64,000 nt of DNA from Myxococcota bacterium (lineage in GTDB: Bacteria; Myxococcota_A; UBA796; JAJRTE01): positions 33,521 through 97,520 of the forward strand of contig JAJRTE010000118.1 in the NCBI GenBank assembly GCA_024278455.1, in the 5' to 3' direction. Positions 9,886 to 19,704 of this stretch are shown here, piece by piece. Positions within the stretch are counted from its first letter, which is position 1. The number at the start of each line of letters is the position of its first letter. The position numbers were made by a program, and so were the translations under genes. The notes beneath the pieces are model-generated. The model did not search any database. It worked only from the letters and a program-made list of their open reading frames with translations, and was not told the origin of the DNA.

Positions 9886-10856
9886 TCGCTGGTCTCCGAG
9901 ATGGGCGTCACGGTCTTGGGGATGACCCGGCCGGCACCTTCGAAAAAAGGGCTCGCCTGTCGTCCGCCGTCGCCTGGTTCTGCGGGCCCGCACTGGCAGC
10001 CCTCGATGTCCTCAGGCCCATCAGGCGGGGGCAGCGTTGCCAGCACGGCGACTTCTTCGATACGTGACATGTCGACCGCCGGCGCTATGCGTACTTCCTG
10101 GAAGACGTCGGAGGCGCGGCGACGAAGACTGCTCACTGTTCCAATCGCCAGCCCCGGGGGGAAAATGCTGTCCAGGCCCGACGTCACGACGAGATCCCCG
10201 GGCCGAACCTCGTCGAGGCGTAGGAGATACTTCAATCTCAGGGACGCGGCGCCAAGTCCTTCCACGGTGCCCCTGGCCCGCGTGCGTTGAATCAGCGCGT
10301 CGACACCGCTCTGGGGATCGGTCACCAACAAGACGTCGGCATAGTTCGACCAGGACCGCAGGACGCGCCCCACCACACCGGCGGACGTTACGACCGGCAT
10401 GCCCCGCAGCACGTTCCCCTCGGTCCCCCGGTCGATCCGGATGGTTCGATAGCGCGAGATAGGATCGTAGCCCACGACGCGCGCGGTGTACATCGGCCGG
10501 CCATGCTGTTCCGAAAAGTCGAGCAGCTTGCGCAAACGTTTGTTCTCGAGTTCCACTTCGTGAAGCTCTTCCAGGCGCTCGCGCAGCACAGCGACCTCAC
10601 GAGCCAACCTGTCGTTCTCCTGGCGAACGCCGACAAGAGCGACATAGGTGTGCCAGACGGTCGCAGCACGGCGAAACGCAACCGTGACAGCACGTTGTGC
10701 GGGGGCCGATAGCTTGAGCACGGCGCGGTCCACGGCGTTCAGTTCGTGTGGCCCCTTTGCGTTGGCGAGGAAGACCAGCAGTGTGGCCCCCAACAACAGC
10801 AAGGCGAGCACCAGCCGGCGCCGACGCCGGCGGAGAGGGCGAAACAGGATAGACAT
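9882..10856 (-). CDS. mreC: Rod shape-determining protein MreC
   Basis: N-terminal TM, coiled-coil region (ENDRLAREVAVLRERLEELHEVELENKRL), beta-rich C-terminal domain. Directly upstream of mreD. Confidence 0.8.
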   Translation of the reverse strand: MSILFRPLRRRRRRLVLALLLLGATLLVFLANAKGPHELNAVDRAVLKLSAPAQRAVTVAFRRAATVWHTYVALVGVRQENDRLAREVAVLRERLEELHEVELENKRLRKLLDFSEQHGRPMYTARVVGYDPISRYRTIRIDRGTEGNVLRGMPVVTSAGVVGRVLRSWSNYADVLLVTDPQSGVDALIQRTRARGTVEGLGAASLRLKYLLRLDEVRPGDLVVTSGLDSIFPPGLAIGTVSSLRRRASDVFQEVRIAPAVDMSRIEEVAVLATLPPPDGPEDIEGCQCGPAEPGDGGRQASPFFEGAGRVIPKTVTPISETSE

Positions 10857-11052
10857 TGGTGCCCATATATACCAGGCGGCGGCGTTTTTCAAGCGCATTT
10901 TGCCTTGACAGGCAGCAGTGCCAGGCTATACTGCGCAAGCGCCAGAGCGCGCAACGTTGCACACAATCGAACGCATGGGTCCTCCAGGTCGTGCTGGTCC
11001 TCCAGTGACCTCGAGCACGCCGCAGGACCCGGTAAACCGGGGCCCCCCAGAC

Positions 11053-12543
11053 ATGCTTGGTACACTCAGAGAGAACAAGAACTCGACCATCATCTCGTTC
11101 ATCGTAGGATTGATCGTACTCGCTTTCATCGTGTGGGGGCCAGGGCTCAAAACGAGAAAAAAGGGCGTGATGCTGGCTCGAGTCAACGGCGAGACCATTT
11201 CCCCCACGCGCTTCGGCCGCCAGGTCCGCGATGAACTCGAGCAACGGCGCCGCGCGTACCAGAGGGAAATCGGGGAGGACGAGAAGAAGGTCATCCAGCA
11301 GCAGGTGCTCGACCGGATGATCCAAAGAACGCTGCTCGCGCAGGAGGCAGGCCGGCTGGGCATTGTGATAAGCGACGAGGAGCTGCGGGAGAGGATCCTG
11401 GAAATCCCGTTCTTGAAGGACGAGGATGGCAAGTTCGACCTGCGCAGGTGGAAACGGCTGAAGCGCCAGTATCCCGGATTCGAGCAGGAACAGCGGGAAG
11501 ATATGCAGGTCAACCGGCTCATTCGGTTCGTTCGGGACGCGGTCGAGGTCTCAGACGCCGACATTCGGGATCTGTACGAGGAGCAGAATACCAGGATCAA
11601 TCTCGAGTTCGTCAAGCTCCCTTATTCGAAGTTCGAACGCGAAGTCCAGGTCACCCAGGAGGACAGGGACGCCTATTTCAAGGAGCACGAGCAGGAGGTG
11701 CGCCAGCGCTACGATGACGACTTCGAGCGGCTGTACGACATCCCGAAGAAGGTGAAGGCCAGCCACATTCTGCTCAAGTATGGCGAGGACGACAGCGATG
11801 CTTTGCGTGCCCAGTTGATGGAAAAGATGAAGGCCATACGGGAAGAAGCCTTGACAGGAGATTTCGCCGACCTCGCCCGTCGCTACTCCGAGGACCCCGG
11901 TTCGGCGACTCGAGGCGGGAGTCTCGGCTACTTCGAGCACGACAGGATGGACCCTGCGTTTGCCGACGCGGCCTTCGCCACGCCCAAGGGACAGGTCAGC
12001 GACATCGTCGAATCGAGGTTTGGCCTCCACATCATCAAGATCGAGGACATCCAGGAGGCGCAGGTCAAGACGTTCGACGAGGTCAAGAACGCGATCATCG
12101 ACAAGATGATCAAGAAAGAGAAAGCGCCGTCCTTGTGCCGGCGGGCTGCGGACAGGGTGAAGGCTGTGTGGGTCGAGGGGGGTCCGGAGTTGGAGGCACT
12201 GCTCGACGAGTACGAGCTTGCACTCCAGGAAACGGGTCCGACGCCTCGGCGGGGCGACACTATTCCGCGGATCGGCACCTCCGCGGAACTCGTGGAAACC
12301 GCATTCGCCCTCGATCCCGGTTCCCCGCCCCCCGACACCGTCTTCCACGTGAGGGACGCCGAAGTCCTCATTCGCCTGAAGGAACGTCAAGACCCGGATA
12401 TGACGAGGTTCGAGTCGGAGAAGGAACGTCTCAGGCAGAACGCGCTCATCAGGAAGCAGCAGATGGTTCTCGAGGCCTGGCTGGATGGGCTCAAGGCACG
12501 CGCAGATATCGAGGTCAACCCTCGGCTGGACTTCATGGCGTGA
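11053..12543 (+). CDS. Periplasmic chaperone / peptidyl-prolyl cis-trans isomerase, PpiD/SurA-like (parvulin domain)
   Basis: N-terminal TM anchor (IISFIVGLIVLAFIVWG), SurA-N-like region, parvulin signature ASHILLK ... GSLGYF ... FGLHIIK. Confidence 0.7.
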   Translation: MLGTLRENKNSTIISFIVGLIVLAFIVWGPGLKTRKKGVMLARVNGETISPTRFGRQVRDELEQRRRAYQREIGEDEKKVIQQQVLDRMIQRTLLAQEAGRLGIVISDEELRERILEIPFLKDEDGKFDLRRWKRLKRQYPGFEQEQREDMQVNRLIRFVRDAVEVSDADIRDLYEEQNTRINLEFVKLPYSKFEREVQVTQEDRDAYFKEHEQEVRQRYDDDFERLYDIPKKVKASHILLKYGEDDSDALRAQLMEKMKAIREEALTGDFADLARRYSEDPGSATRGGSLGYFEHDRMDPAFADAAFATPKGQVSDIVESRFGLHIIKIEDIQEAQVKTFDEVKNAIIDKMIKKEKAPSLCRRAADRVKAVWVEGGPELEALLDEYELALQETGPTPRRGDTIPRIGTSAELVETAFALDPGSPPPDTVFHVRDAEVLIRLKERQDPDMTRFESEKERLRQNALIRKQQMVLEAWLDGLKARADIEVNPRLDFMA

Positions 12544-12785
12544 TCGCCGGGGCGAAACCCGGATGCGTATCGCCTTGCTGCGCGCTTTCGAACGGGTACG
12601 CTCGACCACCGGCAGGCGGTGATGTCGGGCCGTCATGCGAACCACCTCCCGGCGCTCGGCCGGACAGGTCCGCGGCGTGAACAGTGCGGAGCGCAGGCGG
12701 CCCGGGAGTGCAGGTTGTCGCCGCGTGGCCGGGCGCTGACCCGGAGTTCGGGGCAGTGCCGCTGGGGTTCTCCGGCCCCCGCGGT

Positions 12786-13484
12786 GTGAGATGCCTGCTT
12801 GGGCCGCGGGGCGGGAAGGATGAGGAACAGATCTTGGAGTCGAGCGGCTATTTCGTGACATTCGAGGGCATCGAGGGCGCTGGCAAGAGTACCCAGATCG
12901 CGTCCACGAGGTCGTACCTCGCCGCTCGGAGCATCGAAGCCGTGGTGGTTCGGGAGCCGGGTGGCACCGAAGTCGGAGACCGGGTTCGAGATATCTTGCT
13001 TTCTCCCCTGAAGGAACCGCTTGCGCCCCTTGCCGAACTCCTGTTGTTTTGCGCGTCGCGTCACCAGTTGGTCACGACCGTGATTCGGCCGGCGCTCGCC
13101 GCCGGACACGTCGTTCTTTGCGACCGTTTTGCAGACTCGTCGCGGGCGTACCAGGGATTCGGTCGCGGTCTGCCCCTGGATGTCATCGAGCAGGTGAACA
13201 ATGTTGCCACCGGTGGGCTCGAGCCGGATCTGACGATAGTCCTGGACGTGCCGCCGGAACGGGGGCTGAACCGCGTAGAGCTTCGGAGCGGGGCGGCGCC
13301 TGGAGACCGCTTTGAGACCGAGGCGCTGGACTTTCACCGCCGCGTTCGAGAGGGGTTCCTGCAGCTTGCCAGGGAAGCGCCCCGGCGCGTCGCGGTCGTC
13401 GACGCTGGCCGGCCCGCGGAGCAGGTGACCAGGGCTGTACTCGAGTTGATTGAACATGGGATTCGACGACGTCTTGGGACATGA
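12786..13484 (+). CDS. tmk: Thymidylate kinase
   Basis: P-loop FEGIEGAGKSTQ, plus DRF and LID-region motifs. Canonical tmk-holB order. The start is uncertain (GTG 12786 or TTG 12834). There is no plausible ATG in frame. Confidence 0.8.
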   Translation: MRCLLGPRGGKDEEQILESSGYFVTFEGIEGAGKSTQIASTRSYLAARSIEAVVVREPGGTEVGDRVRDILLSPLKEPLAPLAELLLFCASRHQLVTTVIRPALAAGHVVLCDRFADSSRAYQGFGRGLPLDVIEQVNNVATGGLEPDLTIVLDVPPERGLNRVELRSGAAPGDRFETEALDFHRRVREGFLQLAREAPRRVAVVDAGRPAEQVTRAVLELIEHGIRRRLGT

Positions 13485-14466
13485 GAGGCAGTGTGCGCGG
13501 CTCAAGGCGGCCGTCGTCGGCGACCGAGTGCACCATGCGTACCTGATTACGGGTATTCCGGGCATCGGTCGCCGGACGATCGCGAGGATCTTCGCGCGAG
13601 CGCTCAATTGCGCGCGGCAGGATGGGGACGCATGCGAGAGCTGCGCCTCGTGCCGCAAGACCCTGGCGGGCGTCCATCCGGACGTCCTCGTCGTCGCCGA
13701 CGATGATGCCATACCGATGATCAAGGTCGACGCGGTCCGGATACAGATCATCCACTTCGTCGGACTGAAGGTGATGGAGGGGCGGTATCGCGTCGTGATC
13801 GTTCCGGGGGTGGAACGCATGAACCTGAATGCCGCCAATGCCCTGCTCAAGACGCTCGAGGAGCCGCCGCCTCGAACGGTCTTCATCCTGACCACCGCCA
13901 ATGCGAACATCTTGCTCCCGACCATCCGTTCCCGTTGCCAAAAGATAGTGTTGACCCCCTTGCCCGCAGCTCTTATCGCGGACTACCTGGTGACGAGGGT
14001 GGGCATGGATCCGGGCCGGGCCATGGAAGTGGCTCGGATCTCGGGTGGAAGTCCCGGCAGGGCGCTCAGCCTGAATGGCGATGAAATCCGTCTGCGGACA
14101 GAGTTCCTGGGAGCCGTCATGGACGTTGCCCGAGACGGCGTCCCCAACCTGCCAGATCTGGTTGAAGCCGTTCTCGGGAGCAAGGGCACGCGGCAGGACA
14201 TGTTGGCGATGCTGGACGTGTTGGCATCCTTCCTGCGAGACGCGGCCATGGTGAGCACCGCCCCGAGCGCACCGCTTCTCAATCCCGACCTGCGTGATAT
14301 GCTGTTGGAACTTGCAGCCAGGATGACCTTCGAGGACATCGTTGAACTGATGGCTCTGACGAACGAACTCAAGGACGCCGTCAGGCTCAACCTGGGTTTG
14401 CATGTCATCCTGGAGCGCTTGTTCATCGCCATGGCGCAAATTCGGAAGACCAACCATGCCGAATGA
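13456..14466 (+). CDS. holB: DNA polymerase III subunit delta-prime
   Basis: AAA+ clamp-loader motifs (HAYLITGIPGIGRRTIA, zinc module CxxC...CxxC, LKTLEEPP, SRC motif TIRSRCQ). Overlaps the end of tmk. Confidence 0.85.
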   Translation: MGFDDVLGHERQCARLKAAVVGDRVHHAYLITGIPGIGRRTIARIFARALNCARQDGDACESCASCRKTLAGVHPDVLVVADDDAIPMIKVDAVRIQIIHFVGLKVMEGRYRVVIVPGVERMNLNAANALLKTLEEPPPRTVFILTTANANILLPTIRSRCQKIVLTPLPAALIADYLVTRVGMDPGRAMEVARISGGSPGRALSLNGDEIRLRTEFLGAVMDVARDGVPNLPDLVEAVLGSKGTRQDMLAMLDVLASFLRDAAMVSTAPSAPLLNPDLRDMLLELAARMTFEDIVELMALTNELKDAVRLNLGLHVILERLFIAMAQIRKTNHAE

Positions 14467-15493
14467 TGGAACGACGCCACCTGCTGCAACCGAGCCTGGT
14501 CCGCCCGGCCGGTTCGTCGTGAGCGTCACCCTGTTCCCAGCGGATCGTTTCCACGAATATCTGTGTGAGGCACCACCACCTCGAGTCGGAACACCGGTTG
14601 TCATCGAGACGGAACGAGGTGTGTGTCTCGGGTGGGTGCGGCGCAAGCCTCACCCGGCCAGTGCGAGAGAGAAGGATGCCTTGCCGAGCCTTGTTCGGGT
14701 GGCGAGCGAAGGCGACCTGCTCCAAGAAGATCGAAACCGCGAACGGGAGATCCATGCCTTTCGGGTCTGTGTCCAACTCATCCAGAGGCACTCTCTCGTC
14801 ATGAAGCTCGTCAAGGTCCACTACCTGTTGGGGGGTGCCAAGGCGGTTTTCTACTTCACCGCGGATGGCAGGGTGGATTTCCGTGCTCTGGTCAGGGATC
14901 TGGCTGCGGAACTCCGTGTGCGCATCGAGATGAGACAGATCGGCGTCCGAGATGAGACCAAGATGTGTGGAGGCGTGGGGCACTGTGGGCGCCAGTTGTG
15001 TTGTTCCGGGTGGCTCAGGAACTTCGTGCCCGTGTCCATCCGCATGGCCAAGGACCAGAACCTTGCTCTGAACCCGCAAAAGGTGTCCGGGGCCTGCGGG
15101 CGTCTGATGTGCTGCCTGGCCTACGAGCACGAGAACTACGTGGCGATGCGGCGAGGATTGCCCAAGGTGGGGAAGCGCACCAAAACCGTCCATGGGTCCG
15201 GTCGCGTCGTCAGTGTGGAGGTTCTCAAGGAACGCATGACCATCGAACTGGACGAGGGTGGTCGGTTGCAGGTTGGGCGCGACGAACTGGTGGTTCCCCA
15301 GGGGCCGGCTGGTGCGGTGGGGGGGGACTATCGACAAGAGCAGGGATCATCGACCCAGCCAGCCAGGGAGGTGGAGTCGTCCCGGGGTGACCCCCCGGTC
15401 GGGGCAGTGGCGCAGTCCCCGGCCCAGCGCCCGAACAGCAGGCGGAGCCGTCGCGGCAGGCGAAGACGACAATCCCGTTCCGAGAAGCCATGA
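14456..15493 (+). CDS. PSP1 C-terminal domain protein (RicT/YaaT-like regulator)
   Basis: PSP1 domain signature (VIETERGVCLGWV ... YFTADGRVDFRALVRDLA), conserved Cys cluster (CGGVGHCGRQLCC ... CGRLMCC). Classic position after holB. The ATG overlaps the holB stop. Confidence 0.75.
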   Translation: MPNDGTTPPAATEPGPPGRFVVSVTLFPADRFHEYLCEAPPPRVGTPVVIETERGVCLGWVRRKPHPASAREKDALPSLVRVASEGDLLQEDRNREREIHAFRVCVQLIQRHSLVMKLVKVHYLLGGAKAVFYFTADGRVDFRALVRDLAAELRVRIEMRQIGVRDETKMCGGVGHCGRQLCCSGWLRNFVPVSIRMAKDQNLALNPQKVSGACGRLMCCLAYEHENYVAMRRGLPKVGKRTKTVHGSGRVVSVEVLKERMTIELDEGGRLQVGRDELVVPQGPAGAVGGDYRQEQGSSTQPAREVESSRGDPPVGAVAQSPAQRPNSRRSRRGRRRRQSRSEKP

Positions 15494-15550
15494 CTGTCCT
15501 TGGGGTGTGGCGGTGAGGATGAGGTGGGAAGAAAGAGAAAAACACGCGGG

Positions 15551-16405
15551 ATGGCGTTCCAACCCCTGGCATCACCCCTGATCGACAGTCATTGCCACCT
15601 GGTGCCCCAGGTCTACGGCGATGGCGTGCCGGAAGTCATCGAACGGGCGTTTGCCGCGGGTATCGAGCGGGTCGTCAACATCGGTGGCGGCGATGGTATG
15701 GCTGGCAACCATGAAGTGCTTCGAATGAATGCCCTCGACGCTCGACTTCACCCCGTAGTCGGTGTTCATCCACACGATGCCCGCCTGCTGACCGACCACC
15801 CGGAAATCCTGGATGAACTGTCAGCAATGGCAAGGCGTCCCGAAGTCGTCGGTTTCGGGGAAATCGGGCTGGACTACTACTACGACCTCTCGCCACGGCC
15901 TGCCCAGCAATCGGCGCTCGAGGCGCAACTGGACGTGGCCATGAGCGCCGGGAAACCCGTCGTCATCCATGTCCGCGACGCGTATGACGACCTGTTGTCG
16001 ATCCTGGGCGCGTGCAACGCGTGGGCACTACCGGTCGTCTTTCATTGCTTCTCGAGCGACTGGGCGTTTGCGCGGCGTTGTATCGATCGTGGCGCCTTCA
16101 TCGGGATTTCGGGCATCGTCACGTTCAGGCGTGCCGAGGAGGTCCGCGAAGTGGCCAGCAAGGTACCGGTGGAGCGCCTCCTGCTCGAGACCGACAGTCC
16201 CTATCTCGCACCGGAACCGTTTCGAGGACGCCGGAATGAACCGGCGCTCGTGCACGCCGTCGCCCTTGAGGTCGCCAGGCTCAGGAACATGGATGTCGCC
16301 GATCTGGCAGCTCTTGCCAGCGACAATGCGCGAAGACTGTTTTCGCTGCCCCCTTGCACCCGGAAGGGCGCGACCCGAAGCACATCCGTGCCCTCCGGGG
16401 AGTGA
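15551..16405 (+). CDS. TatD-family metal-dependent hydrolase
   Basis: IDSHCHL N-terminal motif and GEIGLDYYY, plus His/Asp/Glu metal ligands across a TIM barrel. Follows the PSP1 gene as in many bacteria. Confidence 0.85.
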   Translation: MAFQPLASPLIDSHCHLVPQVYGDGVPEVIERAFAAGIERVVNIGGGDGMAGNHEVLRMNALDARLHPVVGVHPHDARLLTDHPEILDELSAMARRPEVVGFGEIGLDYYYDLSPRPAQQSALEAQLDVAMSAGKPVVIHVRDAYDDLLSILGACNAWALPVVFHCFSSDWAFARRCIDRGAFIGISGIVTFRRAEEVREVASKVPVERLLLETDSPYLAPEPFRGRRNEPALVHAVALEVARLRNMDVADLAALASDNARRLFSLPPCTRKGATRSTSVPSGE

Positions 16406-16850
16406 CACGCTGCGATTTCACTTCGTGGCGTGGTTGTGATGGGAGGAGGGGCATCCCCTCCCCAGCCAAGCGGGCCGCGCCGCAGAGCGGGCGCCGGCAT
16501 GCCTCGCCGTGCCGATGCGGGCCAAGCAGGTTGGCAGGCTCAACCGCACGAGAACGTCAGGATGCGCTTTCCGTTGGATGGATCGGAAAAGGCGGCGTCG
16601 ACCCATTCTTACGGAGTCGCCTCTTCCGATCCCTGCCCGCCCTACGTCTCGTGTGCTTTCGAATGGCCTTGGTCTGTTTCGTGTTGGATGCCATGTCATT
16701 GCCCTGGTACAGATGTGATGCGTGTCACCCGGTCGGGTTTCTTCGCTCTCGTAGAAAGACCGTCGTAGGGTAGTCACACTGTGGGGGCATGTCAAGGAGA
16801 AAGCACGGCGGGAGCGGTGCCACGCCGCTCCCGGGCACTCGTCATCCTCG

Positions 16851-17222
16851 TCATCCGGCCTGAACCGCGATCTCTCGAGGTCGCAGGGAATCCTGTTTCG
16901 GCAGGTGAATCGTCAGCACCCCGTTCCTCAACTCTGCCGAAATGCGGTCCGGATCGATGCCCCCGGGAACCACGAACTTCCTCGTGTAGACGAAACCGTC
17001 ATCCTTCTCGTAGTCCTTGAGGCAGGTGCAGGTTCCCTCCATGGTGAGCTGGTTCTTCTCGAAGTTGATTTTCACTTCGTCCAGCGTCACGCCGGGCATG
17101 TCCGCGTACATCAGGATCTCTTCAGTGTTCTCGAAGATGTCCACGGCCGGCGCGTAGGTCCTCCGGCGCTCGATGCGCTCCACGTCGGTCGTCTCTCGCT
17201 TCGCAACGTTCTTGTCACTCAT
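16851..17222 (-). CDS. Hsp20/alpha-crystallin family small heat-shock protein
   Basis: Alpha-crystallin domain (PAVDIFENTEEILMYADMPGV ... RKFVVPGGIDPDRISAELRNGVLTIHLPK). Confidence 0.85.
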   Translation of the reverse strand: MSDKNVAKRETTDVERIERRRTYAPAVDIFENTEEILMYADMPGVTLDEVKINFEKNQLTMEGTCTCLKDYEKDDGFVYTRKFVVPGGIDPDRISAELRNGVLTIHLPKQDSLRPREIAVQAG

Positions 17223-17270
17223 GGCCGTTCTCCTTTCTCTATAGTAAAGTCCTCCGTTGTTTGCCTCGCT

Positions 17271-17723
17271 TCAGCTCGACTTGACCTGGATCTGCCTCGG
17301 CTGGCTCTCCGGTGCCTTCGGAAGCGTCACCGTGAGAATGCCGTTCCTGGCCAACGCCGTCGTCTTCTCCAGATCGACCTTGCAAGGCAGCGCGAAACTC
17401 CTCGAGAACTTCACCGAGGCCCGTTCGTGACGGTGCGTCTGGTACCCCTCCGGAACCTGCGTCCTCCGCTCTCCGCTGATGGTCAGCACGTCCTGGTTGA
17501 CAGACACGTTGACGTCCTTCTCCGACAATCCGGGGACCTCCGCAACAAGGGCCAGTTCGTTGCCCATGTCGATGAATTGCATCCGTGGCCATCCACTCGC
17601 CCACTGCGGCACAGAGGGCAGGTCCCCTCCTTCCGTCATTCGGCGGACCCATCGGTCCATCTCACGACGAGCCTCATCCAGCATGGCAAACGCGTTGTCG
17701 ATGTCATTCCAACGAAGCAGCAT
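17271..17723 (-). CDS. Hsp20/alpha-crystallin family small heat-shock protein (second copy, in tandem)
   Basis: Alpha-crystallin domain (PRMQFIDMGNELALVAEVPGL ... RSFALPCKVDLEKTTALARNGILTVTLPK). The start is at MLLRWNDID within the longer ORF. Confidence 0.85.
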   Translation of the reverse strand: MLLRWNDIDNAFAMLDEARREMDRWVRRMTEGGDLPSVPQWASGWPRMQFIDMGNELALVAEVPGLSEKDVNVSVNQDVLTISGERRTQVPEGYQTHRHERASVKFSRSFALPCKVDLEKTTALARNGILTVTLPKAPESQPRQIQVKSS

Positions 17724-17829
17724 GATGCATTCCTCCCGTGACAGGTACTTCGCCTCTTTTCTCCCGCGAGGCGGGGTCGCGGCGAACTGAAACACACGAC
17801 AAGTCACTAGATAAGCTTGGTGGTCTTCA

Positions 17830-17850
17830 ATTGGCAAGATAGACACCGGC
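17830..17850 (-). promoter_or_regulatory. Candidate sigma54 (-24/-12) promoter upstream of the tandem hsp20 genes
   Basis: The minus strand reads cGGTGTCTATCTTGCc: GG-N10-GC spacing matching TGGCAC-N5-TTGCW. It lies about 110 nt upstream of the hsp20 ATG. Confidence 0.25.
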
Positions 17851-18242
17851 GACCCACCGTCAAGTCCTGTACGTCATGTTTTTCCACTTTCAATCCGACG
17901 GGTTACGTGCCTTCTTGCCTTGCACATCCAATACTAAGCGCCGTGTCTGCGACGGCAAGGGGGCACGAAATCGAACCATCGATCTCGTAAGGCGCCCAGC
18001 GGAATCGTCACCCAAGTCCGCCTTGGGAAGACCGACTTTCTGGTGCGATCGCCGCCGGAGTGATTTGGCGGAGCAGCACGTGGCTGCGGAAGGCCCTCGG
18101 AATCCCGGAGCGCTGTGTCTCGTCTCGGTCTGAGTGGTCCGGGAGGCGAATCGGCCGGCGGTTCGTCGTGATGATGTCATGGGTGACATCCGATAGACCT
18201 CGTGATAATGGGCGGATATGGTATAGGTAGGCGTTCGAGTGC

Positions 18243-18271
18243 TTGCATTCGAGGCGGGCATGTGGTATTCA
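18243..18271 (+). promoter_or_regulatory. Putative sigma70-type promoter (TTGCAT, 17 nt spacer, TATTCA) for the KH-domain gene
   Basis: -35 TTGCAT at 18243-18248, 17-nt spacer, -10 TATTCA at 18266-18271. About 80 nt upstream of the ATG at 18350. Confidence 0.25.
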
Positions 18272-18349
18272 CATTTCTGAACTGGGCAGGTCGAAGGCCC
18301 CCGCTCGAGGGCGTTTCGAGCGGGAAGTCGAACTTGAAGGAGGTCTGTT

Positions 18350-18607
18350 ATGGATCCGGTGCAGGAAACGGCAAGCCTGATGGAACTGATGGTGAAGGCT
18401 CTGGTGGATGCGCCCGAGGCGGTTCGAATCGATGTGGTTTCGGGGACCCAGGCGGTGATCTATGAGGTTGCGGTGGACCCGGTGGATGTGCGGCGTGTGA
18501 TTGGACGCCGTGGGCGCACGGCGGATGCGCTTCGGGAGATCCTGACCAACCTGGGTTCCAAGGCTGGTCGGCGGTTCATGCTGGAGATCGTCGAGCCTCA
18601 AAGGTGA
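18350..18607 (+). CDS. KH-domain RNA-binding protein (UPF0109/YlqC-like)
   Basis: 85 aa. KH fold with GxxG-type loop VIGRRGRTADALREIL. Confidence 0.7.
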   Translation: MDPVQETASLMELMVKALVDAPEAVRIDVVSGTQAVIYEVAVDPVDVRRVIGRRGRTADALREILTNLGSKAGRRFMLEIVEPQR

Positions 18608-19032
18608 CGTAGCTGGCGGGTGGTTCGATTCCTCGTGCATTCCTGTCCTCGTGGCCCTTCGCGCTCACGGTGCAAGGCAACCTGCGGCACTTCAACGAAA
18701 ATCGCTCATTTGTCCGGAAGGGTCTGCCGATACCCATCGGTAGGCGAGTGGCTGCCAGGAATGGCATTCGCCGTGGTTGCTGAGCGTGGCTAGGCCGAAC
18801 GGTGGGCCAATATTGCCATGCGCATGGGTTGGGGGGATAGGATCTGTTTGGAAGGATGGGAGATACGTGGTGACGGGGAGTGCAGTGTGGCTGGCAGGTT
18901 TCTCGTGATACCGGAAGGCGATTCCGGCTACGGTTCATGCCGAAACTGGCAAAAGACATTTGTATTTTGCGAATTGTCCGGGAACAATAGGAGGTAGGCA
19001 TTGGAACGCAGCATCGCTTGGGAGGAAAGCCG

Positions 19033-19647
19033 ATGACCGAAACCGTCGACAACACTGCGATATCACGGATGATGTCCCGCCTGTTGGCCATCGTCGCGAT
19101 GGTGCCCTTGCTTCTGGGTGCCGGTCTGGCAGCGGCTGGGCAGGGAAAAGCCGCCGGGAGTGAGACGAAGAACGGAGGAATGGGGGATGGCTGTTCCTAT
19201 GAAGTGGAGTATCACGCAAACGGCAAGGTGAAGTCTCGAGTGGGCTTCACGGCGGGTGCGGACGGTCAACCAGTCCTCGGGTGCAAGACGACCGTATACT
19301 TCGAGAACGGCAAGATGGCCATGGAGCAGGAGTTTCGCAACGGTCTTCCCGATGGTGTCTATCGGACGTTCTACGAAAGCGGACAGGTGGAGATGGAGTA
19401 CTGGTACGACAACGGCACGCCGGAGGGCAAGGTCACCTCCTGGCACGAGAACGGCCGGCTGAAGGCCCAGGGCAGCATGAAAGGGGGGTTGCGAGATGGA
19501 CCGTGGGCGACCTGGCATGAAGACGGCAACATCGAGTCGCAAGGTGAGTATGCCATGGACCAGAAGATTGGCGTGTGGTTCTACCAGAAGGCGGATGGCG
19601 TCACTACCAAGACCGTGGACTACTCCGTTGGCACGGAGACGCAGTGA
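19033..19647 (+). CDS. MORN/YwqK-type repeat protein (secreted or membrane-anchored)
   Basis: N-terminal hydrophobic segment. Repeated G-x-W/Y-x-x-Y/W-x-x-G units (YFENGKMAMEQEFRNG, YRTFYESGQVEMEYWYDNG, TSWHENGRLKAQG, WATWHEDGNIESQGEY). Confidence 0.6.
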   Translation: MTETVDNTAISRMMSRLLAIVAMVPLLLGAGLAAAGQGKAAGSETKNGGMGDGCSYEVEYHANGKVKSRVGFTAGADGQPVLGCKTTVYFENGKMAMEQEFRNGLPDGVYRTFYESGQVEMEYWYDNGTPEGKVTSWHENGRLKAQGSMKGGLRDGPWATWHEDGNIESQGEYAMDQKIGVWFYQKADGVTTKTVDYSVGTETQ

Positions 19648-19704
19648 ACCGGTACCGAGAGAACCGCTGCCGATCTTTCGGCTCGCAGGCACCAGGAGGA
19701 AACC

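Noticed and set aside
18600-18640. tRNA-like T-loop sequence (ggtggttcgattcc)
   Set aside because: There is no acceptor stem, D-arm or anticodon arm around it. It overlaps the 3' end of the KH-domain CDS.
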